A DNA stretch of 64,000 nucleotides from Antedon mediterranea (taxonomy: Eukaryota > Animalia > Echinodermata), in the NCBI RefSeq assembly GCF_964355755.1, contig NC_092679.1:14491432-14555431 (forward strand). The letters run 5' to 3'. Below, piece by piece: positions 1 through 10,978 of the stretch. The first letter of the stretch is position 1; each line of letters opens with the position of its first letter. The notes under the pieces were generated by a model, which had not been told where the DNA came from, did not search any database, and worked only from the letters and a program-made list of their open reading frames with translations. Made by a program: the position numbers and the translations under genes.

Positions 1-850
1 GACGGCACACATGACCTCGGGTCACTCGGTGGACTGAACCATTAAGCGGAGGGGTATTTCACTACAATATGCATGTATCGATGACAAGAAGATTTATCCA
101 ATAAAATGTAAATATTCTCCACATGAGTATGCATACATTATTCAGAGTAGTGTATTTAAAACTGTAAAGTAATACTAGGCTTACAGAACCATCGTTTCTT
201 CCATGTCTTCACATTCGAGCTCATCTACTTCTATCACTTCTGTGTTAAGGTCCGTTAGAATACTGGAATAAAAGCAAATTAAATTATTAATTGTAAAATA
301 TTTCAATTTAAGAATCCAATCTAGACACTATACTAAACAAATGCCAGACATACCTTCCATTGCCATTGACAGCTTCTGTTGTCACCACATCAACTGGTGG
401 TTGTTGATCATCAACAATGTCTTTGATTGTTGCAGCATCGGTAGCTTCCTCATTATCAAGTCCGACTCTCTTCGACTTCTTCAGTGATCGTCGATGTCTG
501 GCCAAACGGGATTTAGACTTTATTTTCTAGTGTTTCCCATCCTTAATATGCGACAGCTTGTCTGTGTCAATTGTCAACGCAGTTACTTGATCATCATCTG
601 CTGTCAGATTTCCCTTAGCCCTGGTTGTATTGCAAACACTGCCCTTAGTTTTGGGTGTGTGTTTGTGCACAAAACAGACTCATGTGAACATTGAAAATAT
701 GAGATCATTCTCAAGTCTGTCAGCAGAAAATGTAAATCTTAAACTCTGTTCTTAGATTCAGAACTTTCGGTGGCCAGTATCTCCTGGAAATTTGGAGGAT
801 CAACGCTAGATCCGTCTTCAGAATTAAATTCGAATTCCTCAATTGCGTTT
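1..850 (-). pseudogene. Spliced minus-strand gene fragment of unknown family, probably decayed; runs off the window start
   Basis: Exons ~354-850, 186-263 and 1-33 join in frame through GT..AG sites (...NGNG-S-ILTDLNTEVIEVDELECEDMEETMVL-PPSDPRSCVP). The upstream exon has an in-frame TAG near 528 and further frame breaks. A CpG-rich stretch with a CCAAT lies at 1000-1100. Confidence 0.4.
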
Positions 851-1189
851 GCGTAAGGTCAACGAATTACCCATTAATAATTAATATAGATACAATACGA
901 GATATGGAATCAATATAACTTTCCGAAAGGTTTCCAATAGTTTTCTGAAGGCGTTTGTTATGATCCGTTGATATGGCGATTTAGTTCTGTATCGTAGTAA
1001 CTTCGAAGCGCGCACAAGGCGTTCACACCAACAACGCGCAACCAATACATGTGACGACGCCGCCCGCGCTTCATGTGACGCCGCATTATGGTGGGGCATT
1101 CTAATTCATAAAGCTTTTCCCGGAAATTATCGTCCCAGAAACAATCAATTGAACTAGATAAAGATGTTATTATTATGTTTCTCTTTGGA

Positions 1190-1322
1190 ATGCGTCAGGC
1201 AACTTCCACCAGTGTCTTCAAATCTCTCCTCAAAACTCACCTAAATTTGTCTGTCTATGTAAAGCGAATTGAGGCTTTCAGCATAATGCGCTATATCAAG
1301 TACCAGTTATTATTATTATTAC
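1190..1322 (+). mobile_element. 3' terminus of a CR1/L2-group LINE
   Basis: Encodes FKSLLKTHL, followed by gtaaagcg..gag..ataatgcgctatat and a (TTA)n tail, the usual L2-like 3' end. Confidence 0.6.
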
Positions 1323-1649
1323 TACATGAAGTAATAATATTACATTTTTTTTTAATATTTAAATATTATAGGCATGAGAGAGTAAAGAAAACAACTATTA
1401 AACGAAAAATTGGTGTTAGGTCCATGCTAGCTGTTAATTGGTATCTTTCCCAACTAATCACATTTTTAATTTTAATTGGGTTAGGTCTTCGCAATATTCA
1501 TGACGTAAGCCTAAGATTCATTTATATGACCATTTTCAGTCGAATGTGGGCGTATGTGAACATCCCATATAGACCCGCGTACACTACCTCACTTCTTCTA
1601 ACACTGCTAGAACAGATTGCACTCACTTTTCTCAGATCGCAAAATCTCT

Positions 1650-2760
1650 GATGGCCTGCATGCCTTTTCTCATTGTTGTTTGATGACAATCCTGCAAGTT
1701 CAAATAAGGCATCTTTGAATTTCGCTAAATGCGGCCGGTTCCGTACCCATCTCTCATATGCAGATTTATTCGATGAGAATTGATGATCCTCAGTGTACTC
1801 CGTTTGCTGACAGCCCTTTCTTTTCGATCTGTGATTTTGCTCTTTTGTTCCACCATATGTACATAATATAACCCGTATCGTGCATAGTTTTGTTTGTTGA
1901 AACCAAAGCAATAACTTGTACTTTCTTTCCAGCATGCGAGTCGATCATAAAAGTTGTTTTCTTTGATAGCCAGGTGCAAGAGATGTTGCGTTTTAATGAT
2001 ATCTAACTATCCCATCCAGCATTGTGGGGTTTTTCCCATCGATCCTTTACGAACCTTATCCCGAAAAGTTGAATATTCTTTCTGGATTTCAGTTAATGCG
2101 TCAAATCTCTCAATACCATAATGGAAAGTAGGAACAACTCGGACAGGGGCTCTTTTATTTCCTTTTCGTCGAGAAATATTTTGATGAGAAGTCTCTCAAG
2201 AGCATTAGCAACATGTTCATGTACTGTCCAAGCTCGATTGTAATGCTTCCCTTTCATTATTCCATTCATACCGCCTGTTGCACAAAGACCTGCTTGGAAA
2301 ACTAAGTCTACAAATCCGGATCCTGCTAGGTTTTGTCCAATTATTCCGAAATTCTCCTGAAACAAGTGAAAGTCTTCCAGATGTACAATAACATTATGGA
2401 ATTCTTGTGACAAATTCCACACAACGTAGTAAGCTTTCATAGCAGCACCAACATCCAGTGTTATGTGAGCGTACGTCATGTTGGTTTCATTTGCCATCTT
2501 TTTAGCTTCACGAAAAAAATCAACGTTTCGCTATAAGTATTTAAAAGATCAGTACCCACAGTTGAAAGCCATCCGGTAAATGTTGGAACTATCTTGTCTC
2601 CATCATTTGTAAACCTTGAATACTTCCAGAAAAAAAAAGTTTTAATTTAGATTCCTGGCTTACTAATCTTGCAAATGGTAATTGTGGATTTGTAGGTAGC
2701 AGTTTGGTTCTTTTTTTAGGACTGATAGTGGGCATTGTCATCATCGATTACTTGATCTAT
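1650..2760 (-). mobile_element. Decayed Academ-like DNA transposase core
   Basis: ORF 2093-2497 has ITLD.GAA.KA...VW....F.NVIVHL..FH and GSG...L...G...G...G.MKGKHYNRA...HE...ALERLL; downstream F.FNKQNYARYG.YY. Frameshifted. Family assignment is from remembered motifs. Confidence 0.65.
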
Positions 2761-2779
2761 TTTTAGCTTCCTTGCTTGC

Positions 2780-4050
2780 TTTTTTTTTTTTGCAATTGAT
2801 CCACGGCATGTGCAAAATATTGTGCAGGCTAATTTGGCATGATTTCACCCACAACCCATATATTTACATGGCATGTCACTAAAACAAATGCGCCTGATCA
2901 ATTTCAATATGCTATCAGGTGCTAGGGTAACACTTGAGGATACACAGTTAATGGTAATAAAAATTGTGTACTCTCTTCTTTGATCCATAAATGATCGGAT
3001 TCAGTAGAGCCGGATGATTTCCAAATATATGTTTGTAAATGGGTGCGTTTTACTTCTTCTGGATAAAAGCCTCTGTAGTTGGAGGCAGTGAAGCTAGATT
3101 TGGAGTATTGGTCTAGAATACCAACTATTGCAGTCCAAACTTAAATTCTTGCTTCTGACATATTGTTGACATTAAATTTGCCATTGCTATTCTTAATTGG
3201 AGATTTCATCACCATTGGCAACTCATGTTTTCTTTGAAATAATGGTAAAGCAATAGGACATACACATTCGTGTCGTCTGCGAGCGCAGTTACCTTCTTTT
3301 GCTCTTTAGTTGCAAAATATATTGCCTGCTGTACAAGAATGTTACCCGCTTCTTCGTGAAATGTTGACAAATCGTTCTTATAAAAGGAACCATCGAAACT
3401 TACTTCAACAGGTGTTTGTTTTTGTCCAGTTATTACAAGTCTGTTTTTTTACGTTTTCTTTTGTAATTCTGCATCGGACTCAATATCTTTGCATGGTATT
3501 TAATTGCTTCTTATTTTGAGTTACAGTAAGAGCCAGTTTCTGTGATGGAAGTGGTGGTTTAGTGGTAATCTGAAACACTTCTACCATTATTTTCTTTTAT
3601 GTCCTTGTGGAGCATTTTGTATTAAAGTCATTGTACCTATCAAAACTAAATATACATCACTGTATTTTAATCAATTTGACTTTTAAATTTGTTAACGAAA
3701 TCCATTACTGTTGGTTAAGTGGTTGGACTAGATGATGGCCAGCTGGGTATCCAAAATAAAGCACAGCCATCAATTACTGTACACATATAGATTCCGGTTT
3801 TAAAATTCGGGCTGACAATACGGACTTTGATTAAGATGTCCGCATATCCCCAGAATCGTTAAATAATGCAATCGGTACTGGTGATAGTACACTCGACATA
3901 ACTTCAGTAAAATTGACTTGTCGTGACATCTGCAGTCCGATGAATCTGGAATAAATCAGCTTAGTATCATATACCTTGGCATTATCAATGTCAATAGACT
4001 TTTTCATAACTGACATTGTGTCTACTTTAAATGATTGTACATTATACTGG
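2780..4050 (-). mobile_element. Decayed Academ-like C-terminal region (XPG/PIN-like nuclease plus Cys-rich finger)
   Basis: DTKLIYSR.IGLQ.SR..LSPVP.ALF.DSG.MR (3831-4000), VIDGCALFWIP.WP (~3760), ADDTNVYVLLLYHY (~3260), LPPTTEAF..KRTHLQTYIW (~3050), then Cys remnants; many stops. Confidence 0.6.
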
Positions 4051-4653
4051 TTATCTCCAATTTCGGAATTTTGATGATTCAGTGATTCATCCTTTTCCAT
4101 TGCTACGTTCTTTCATTGTGCATTAAACTCCTTCATTATCAATTCACATATGTTTTTCATTCCATTCAGGTCGGTGCTTGTCTCATTGAATCAGAAATAC
4201 CACAATAGTCTTTGTTATATTGATATAAATAAGATAGGGCTATGTTACTACTACAACTACTATTTTCTGATATGTGGTTTTAACGCTATGCTTTTAATCT
4301 CAATTGCTTTTAAAATCTACCCTAATTTGTAGGCTAAATTCCTCATCGCAAAGCATTCCGACTGAGATTAAATAAATTATTTTATATTAAATAAATTAAC
4401 TGTTATTAATCGTATTTACTTTGTGTTTTCTGTTTCAAATCGATCCAAAGATTCTTGCTTTTACATTTAAAATTCTGTCATTAGTTCTATTTTCTCATCA
4501 GTTACTTATCTCTTGCTTTCTTTAACTCTTCCATCAGTTTTTAACATGCTTCCCTTTCTTTGGTTACTTCTCACAATTTCTCATTCAACCTGAATTATAA
4601 AGTGAAAACAAAGTATAATAATTAAATAAACATTAATATACGAGGTTATATAA

Positions 4654-5790
4654 TCGATATAAAGTTTGCGGTACACCACGTACGTAGAACGTACGTAGAA
4701 CTGTTGAATTTCTCGACGTTTCGATCAATTATGCTTTGATCATCCACAGGAGTGAGAATGCAGAAAGTTCAGGAAACTTGGAATATAAGTGGAAAAGGGT
4801 GCGACTGGTGTGAAAGTCAGAAACAATAGCAAGTTTACACAGTGGTGGGGGGGGGGGGGATGGAAACTAGCTTTAGCGGAGTATTGTTTCTCATGAAAAA
4901 TAATGAATGGAAACTAGCTATAGAAGAGCAATGTGTCTGATAGGTGTGAGAAATACAACATGTCAACAAAGCATTGGAACTCAATGGTTACAACAGGAAG
5001 GACTTCAAGTTATCGTCAACTAACAACAGCGATCCTGCAGAGTTCAGAAAGTCTGTATGTTTACCATATTTGGGACAGCTTTCTCATCGTATCCAACGAC
5101 TACTACAAAACGCCGACATAAAAAGTATTTCATAGTGCAGTCTACAAGTTGTCACAGTGTCTTCAAACACACAAGGAAAACCATCTAACACAGCCAACCT
5201 GGTGTATACTGTATCCCATGTGGAAGTGGAAATGTATACATTGGGGGAAACCGGACATGACCTTCAAACCAGACTCAAAGAACAAAAAGGTCATGCAAGA
5301 AGAGGAGAGCAAGACAAATCATCAATAGTTATGCATTCTCACCAACAACAACACCGACGTAATTGGAAAGATGCTGAATTGCTACCGCTCCTTCTTGGCA
5401 TTCCAGACGAACCAGGGAAGCTATTGAAATCTACAAACACAACACTGTTCATTAAGATATTGGATTTGATATCAGTGACATTTTGCTATCTTTATTCAAC
5501 AAGAATCTCCACCGACAGTAAACCATGCCATAGTTTCTGGCCAGTTTACATTTCACAATCCTGTCTAGACACATGGTCTATGTGTCCCTCCCACTGTGTG
5601 AACTTTTTGTGAGCTATTGTTTCTGGCTTTCACACCAGTCCCACCCCTTTTCACTTACATTCCAAGTTTCCTGGACTTCCTGTATTCTCACTCCTGACGA
5701 CGATCAAAGCATATTTATCGAAACGTCGAGAAACTCAACAGTTCTTTTCAGAACTAATATACGTGGTGTACCGCAAACTTTATATCAATA
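4654..5790 (+). mobile_element. Truncated Penelope-like retroelement with GIY-YIG endonuclease and inverted pseudo-LTRs
   Basis: LPYLGQLSHRIQRLL linker, then GVYCIPCGSGNVYIG / frameshift / ETGHDLQTRLKEQ..SSIVMH. 4654-4845 is an inverted copy of 5590-5790. Confidence 0.85.
5691..5730 (+). ncRNA. Minimal type I hammerhead ribozyme motif in the Penelope pseudo-LTR
   Basis: ctc-CTGACGA-c-gat..atc-GAAA-cGTC-gag: conserved core boxes, stem II gat/atc, stem I ctc/gag and palindromic acgt stem III. Confidence 0.65.
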
Positions 5791-6199
5791 TTTGATTTCG
5801 ACATGCAAACCATCAAACAGTAGGTTATATATGTCATTGTCAGTTCACTGCTCTATAGTCCATAGAAAGTACTGTATTTTCTACCTACTTTGTGTTTTCT
5901 GTTTCAAATCGATCCAAAGATTCTTGCTTGTACATTTTCGTCATTAGTTTTTTTTTTCAGTTTCTTTCTTAATTTCCTCTCTTGTTTTCTTTAACTCTTC
6001 CATTAGTTTTTCACGCGCTTTCTTTACTTTTTTTTTATTCTCAGCATTTCTCATTCAACCAGAATTATTATTATTATCATAAGTTAAACCAAAGTATATA
6101 TTTATATACATTATTGTTTATCTTCTGACGTCGTTCAATTCTTTCTTCAAATTCTCAAATTCTTCGTTATATATATATATATATATATGTTTCTCATTA

Positions 6200-9197
6200 T
6201 ATGAACATCTTTTGGAATTCGGGGAAGCTGTGGATAACCTCTTCAGCTGGTATTGGAACGTTCACTGTTTTATCTATCATTGCGTTCCATCTACTTTTTG
6301 GAAAGAAAAATTAAGTTTCGCGCAATTAATTGATTCTCAACTTCCTTAACTTTCAACTCTGGGTATCTGCTGATGTCAACCAATTGTAATTTGTTCTGGT
6401 TTGACATAGGTGCCATTCTTCTATTTGTCATGTAATGTAAAGCATACATAATCATGTACTTCTTTTGTCTTTTGCACCTCAGTTGGGCTGGGCGTGGCAT
6501 TGCTCTTTCTCTCTATAGGACCAATGCATTTATCAAGGTAACCAGGATATCTTTCTTTTTCCCAGTTTTCCTTTAATGCATAGACGCCATTCTAAAATTT
6601 CATATGACATGAAATGCAAACATAGGTTCTTCCATTTTGAATTGACTGCACAAATACCTGCTTTTTTTAAAATCTTGCATCAGTTTTCCTTAATCGGTCA
6701 TTCTGCTTTTCTGCAGATCTTTTCAAACAAAATGCTTGTCTATTTCTGTCCCTGTCTCTCTGTATTTTATTAGCCCTTGTTTTCTTGAACAATTGTCCTA
6801 TTTTTGGTTCTTTCCTTCTGTTTTTCATTTGCCCTTGTTTTCTTGAACACTGGCTCATCAATCTTCCTATTTTTGTTTCTTTCCTTTTGTATTTCATTAG
6901 CCCCTGTTTTCTTGAACACTGGCTATCAATCTTTCTATTTTTGTTTCTTTCCTTCTATTTTTCATTTGCCCATTTGTCAGAATTACGAAACATTTTGTAC
7001 ATGATGCCTTATACTCTCTTACCTTTGTTTTGCACAGAGCACTTTTAATTCATCCATGTTGTAATTTTTTTACAGGCAGCACTGCAATTCAAATGACGGC
7101 TGAACCTTTGGAAAGCTTTCCTACATCCTAAACATATTTGGGCTCCTGGTTTTACATAGTTATATTCATTTTGCACTTCTGCATTGTCATGTAAATTTGT
7201 TTGGATGAAAGAAGAGTGACTTTCATCTATTCTTTTCCCAAGATAAAAAGAGCATTCTTTGATTTGGCTTTCATGACTGGATTGAATGCTTAATAAATCA
7301 CTGACTTTTCTGTTTGAGATCATTTCTTTCCTTGATTCTTCGCCTTCCGCAGCATTCAAACCTTCAGAAAAGAAGTTAGACAAATCCGTTTGGAAGTATA
7401 CCTTTACTCTCATTTAGCTCACTTTTCCTTGTCACAGTTGGGAACTTGTCTCTTATTTCTGGTCTACTTTTGCCTTTACTGAACCAATCATTAATATGAT
7501 GAGGCAACTTAGCAAATGAAAACCGTTTTTGCTCTTTTGGTGTCTTTTCTAGGGATTTACATTTTGGGATCTTTGATTGGTGGTGACAATGAAATCATCA
7601 TGATCAGGTTTATTTGTTGAGACTCTTTTAGAAAATTTAGTGGCTGAATGAATATTTGAGATAAACTCATTATCATTTTGAGTTGAATTCTCATTTTGAT
7701 CTGAATCATCAGATAAGGCATCCTTCATTACTTTAGCTTTTGTTTGTGACTTGCAGACACTGGAATAACGTGTGAACCATGGGTTTTGCTTTGCTCTAAT
7801 GGTCCTTTTGCAATAAGATTGTCAGTGCCGGAAGAGTCTGATATTTTCTCAAAAATGTATACATAATTTGATACTGAAAAAATGGAATTTCTAGAAACTT
7901 CTTTGCATCTTCAAGTTCAAGTTCAAGTTAAAATTTATTGTCAAATACACAGTAAATGAAATTTGCCTTCCAAGGTTCAAATTACAATAAAAATAACAAC
8001 AGTTAAAAACATACAATACTATACAATGGATAAGATAATATATAAGAAAATATGCTATGTATAAAACATTATGAACAGTATAAATATTAAAATACTATAT
8101 AAAGAATAAAATATAAAATATAAAACGTCTCAAGTTATCTTTTAAATTGCTTGTTGTATTGCCTGATTGCACACGGAAGAAATGATTTATTATGACGCTC
8201 ACTCTTCTTAATTGAAGGAATCATCCTTCCGGATCTACTGAAATTTATAAAGTTAAAAAGAGGATGAGACTGGTCGTTAATTATACATTTTAGTTTTTTC
8301 TCCATAACCTTATCGCATATATCATGGATAGATGGGACGTTTGCACCTATTACCTTCTTAGCCATTTTTATTATTCTCTGTAATTTATTTGAGTTATACT
8401 TAGATAAACTATTTAGCCATACAATACAGCAAAATGTTAATATGGACTGTATCATAGCCTGATGGAATAGAGACAGCGCATCTCTGCACAGATGAACCAT
8501 TTATTTGTACATTCAAGGATGGCATAAACATTGCAATTTTCTAATAAGCCATCATGATTAATAAGAGCAATTAATTTATAATGAACGTTTTTGACATGGA
8601 TGAAAAAAAAACATTCAAAAAATGATCCATTTTCTCTAATCGGTTATTAAGACGCAAAAGTAGGGGCCTGTAGGGGGCACTAATTTGTTTTGTATGGTAA
8701 AATTCTGCTCCAATTGACATATTATACTACAGCGTTTTTTAATTTGACTAGAATAGAAATATTGGTTTATCATTGTTTGAAGATTTAAAACATTCTGCAC
8801 ATCGAAATTGTAAAGAGGTAAACACAGAATCTTTGCTTCCAGAACAAGAAATACAGGTCATTTGAAAATGGTTTTGAACTGAAAATTTGATCATAGATAG
8901 GATTGGACCTAAAAGAGACTAAAACATCTCAAAATTCTTTGCAATCCTTCTGATTACCTGAATTGTAATCATTACCAAGAACCAATCGTAAAACAGCAGC
9001 GCTTTTCATCTTACAAGATCCTTCAGAACAAAAAATATCTTTCAGTTCTTGCTCAATATGGAATTTTGCATTTGCATCAACTACATGATTTCTAAATAAT
9101 TTCACTCTTCTTAAAATCTGAAGTACAGTACACAATTAGTGAAACATGCATTTTTACCATCCCTTCTTGCAGTATTCATCAAAGGCAATATGGCCAT
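6200..9197 (-). mobile_element. Decayed Helentron/Helitron2-like N-terminal region with USP (C19-like) protease, Zn finger, basic repeats and pre-Rep domain
   Basis: MAILPLMN..DGKNACFTNCV(LQIL) Cys box, QKDCKEF, YKLIALINHDG...WFIC His-box region and YVYIFEK; then CLGCRKAF...RHL...CK; IQNGRTYVCISCH; and MAPMSNQNKL..PEL..VENQLIARNLIF..KTVNVP..LPR. Multiple frameshifts. Confidence 0.65.
7911..8477 (-). mobile_element. 5'-truncated LINE (Rex1/Babar/CR1-group C-terminus) with 6-bp TSD
   Basis: ORF 8135-8500: QSILTFCCIVW...KLQRIIK.A.KVIG...HPL...SGR...KSFLPCAIR. AATAAA plus (ACTTGA)n tail. GCATCT is duplicated at 7905-7910 and 8478-8483. Confidence 0.85.
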
Positions 9198-10906
9198 ATT
9201 ATCTACCTGAGAGTGGCGTGAAAACACGGCTGTTTCAAAGATGCGAACTCGACTAGAAAAGTCAGGCGCCCTCAATATTATCGGATGACATACATTTCAA
9301 ATTCCGTCAGTTCTTTTTCTCATCAGTTACTTTCTCTATTTCATCTCTTGCTTTCTTTAACTGTTTCATTGGTTTTTTACACGCTTTATTTGCTTTGGTT
9401 ACTTCACAGCATTTCTCATTCAACCTGAATTAAGTTAAACCAAAGTATATTTAAATTTATATACATATATTAGGGGGTTATAAGAACCTAATAACATTGG
9501 AGAAGCATTTTTTTTTAAATAATATTATTGTATTGTATAATAATATAATAATATTAAATAATAATTAATATACACTGATTCTCGCTGTTTGCAGACGTCT
9601 TGTTTATCTTATGCTTTATATTGCTTCTATCTGGCGTCGTCCAATTCTTTCTTCAAATTCAAGTTCAAAATCTCGCATTCTCTTTTAAACTTTCTTTGAT
9701 GCTCTGAATTCACGTTTACCTTTAATTATAACGCTTTATAAATCGACACATTTCTGATTTATTCTACAAAGGAAAGTGCATTGTATTAAAAACAATCTAA
9801 CTCTTTAAAAAGGACATAGGCCTACTAGACTAGTCCAGATAGTCATATTTCCACTCTAATAAGATGCTGTAGGCATTTCGTGTTAAAAGCGAATAAACAT
9901 GTGTTTTGGGGTAATTTTGGGGTGCTGAATTCAAATTTGCTGTTTACCCGGCTCAATTTTTAGATCTTCACCCTTAAAATGTGAAAAACAAAATGGCCGC
10001 CATTTCAGACTTATTTTGGCTTATAACTTGACTTTTAAGTGACGTAGCAAGTTAAAAATGGTGTCTATACCTATGTTTTTGATAGTGAAGATTCCAACTA
10101 TATTGTTATTAAAGTTGCAAATATTCTATTTCAGCCGCCATGTTGAAATCCAAGATGGCCGCCATTTTAAACGTATTTTGGCTTATAACTTGACTTTTAA
10201 TTAACATAGCAAGTTAAAAATAGTTTCTATACCTATGTTTGTGATACTGAGGATTCCAAATATATTGTTATTAAAGTTGTAAATATTCTATTCCAGCCTC
10301 CATGTTGGAATTCAAGATGGTCGTCATTTAAAACGTATTTTGGCTTATAACTTAAGTAACATAGTAGGTTAGAAATGATGCCTATACAGTACCTATGTTT
10401 GTGATACTGAGGATTCCAAATATATTGTTATTAAAGTTGTAAACAGCCGCCATGTTGAAATCAAAGATGGCGCCTATTTTAAACACACACACAGGGTAGT
10501 AACAAAGTGCGAGGCAAACAAACAAATGAAAATGAAAAACTCACAAAGGGATTGTTCTTTATGTGTAAAAATATTTTAAAACGAGATAGATGATAATGAT
10601 GATCATTGTCAAGTGTTTAGAAAAATATAAGAAAATTAATGAAAAAAGGAGGTAATACGGAATTCATAAATGTAAAAATGTTACTGATGACATTTGGAAT
10701 TAACAAAAATGTGTTAAATAATATGATTTAATGACATGAGATAATAGGAATGTGAATAAAAGTAGTGTTTGCGCCACAAAAGAGGAAAAAAATATATATA
10801 TATACAGTATATAAACATCACAGAATAAATTCTAATCCGCCCGATATAATGAAATTTAATTAATTAGAAAAAATAAAAATGACGAAACCTGTGAGAATGA
10901 AAAAAA

Positions 10907-10978
10907 GCCCTCTCCGAGATTCAAACCCGGAACCTTCTGCTTGATATGCAGATCTCCTAACCATTAGACCACTGGGGT
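10907..10978 (-). tRNA. tRNA-like pseudogene or SINE head inside the Academ-like element
   Basis: A box tggtctaatgg, stem-loop tctgc-atatcaa-gcaga, B box ggtttgaatc. The acceptor stem pairs poorly. Confidence 0.45.

Larger units (their letters stand above)
4050..9760 (-). pseudogene. Decayed multi-exon coiled-coil gene with duplicated exons, interrupted by Penelope-like and Helentron-like insertions
   Basis: One E/K-rich exon-like block recurs at ~4420-4590, ~5885-6060 and ~9302-9425, two copies keeping the ttcag acceptor. A second block recurs at ~9575-9720 and ~6115-6170. In-frame stops are present. Confidence 0.4.

Noticed and set aside
1175-1651. 158-aa plus-strand ORF
   Set aside because: Runs through a LINE 3' end and TTA tail into unrelated DNA.
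10907-10978. Functional tRNA gene
   Set aside because: Acceptor stem mismatched and anticodon loop atypical; kept only as tRNA-like.
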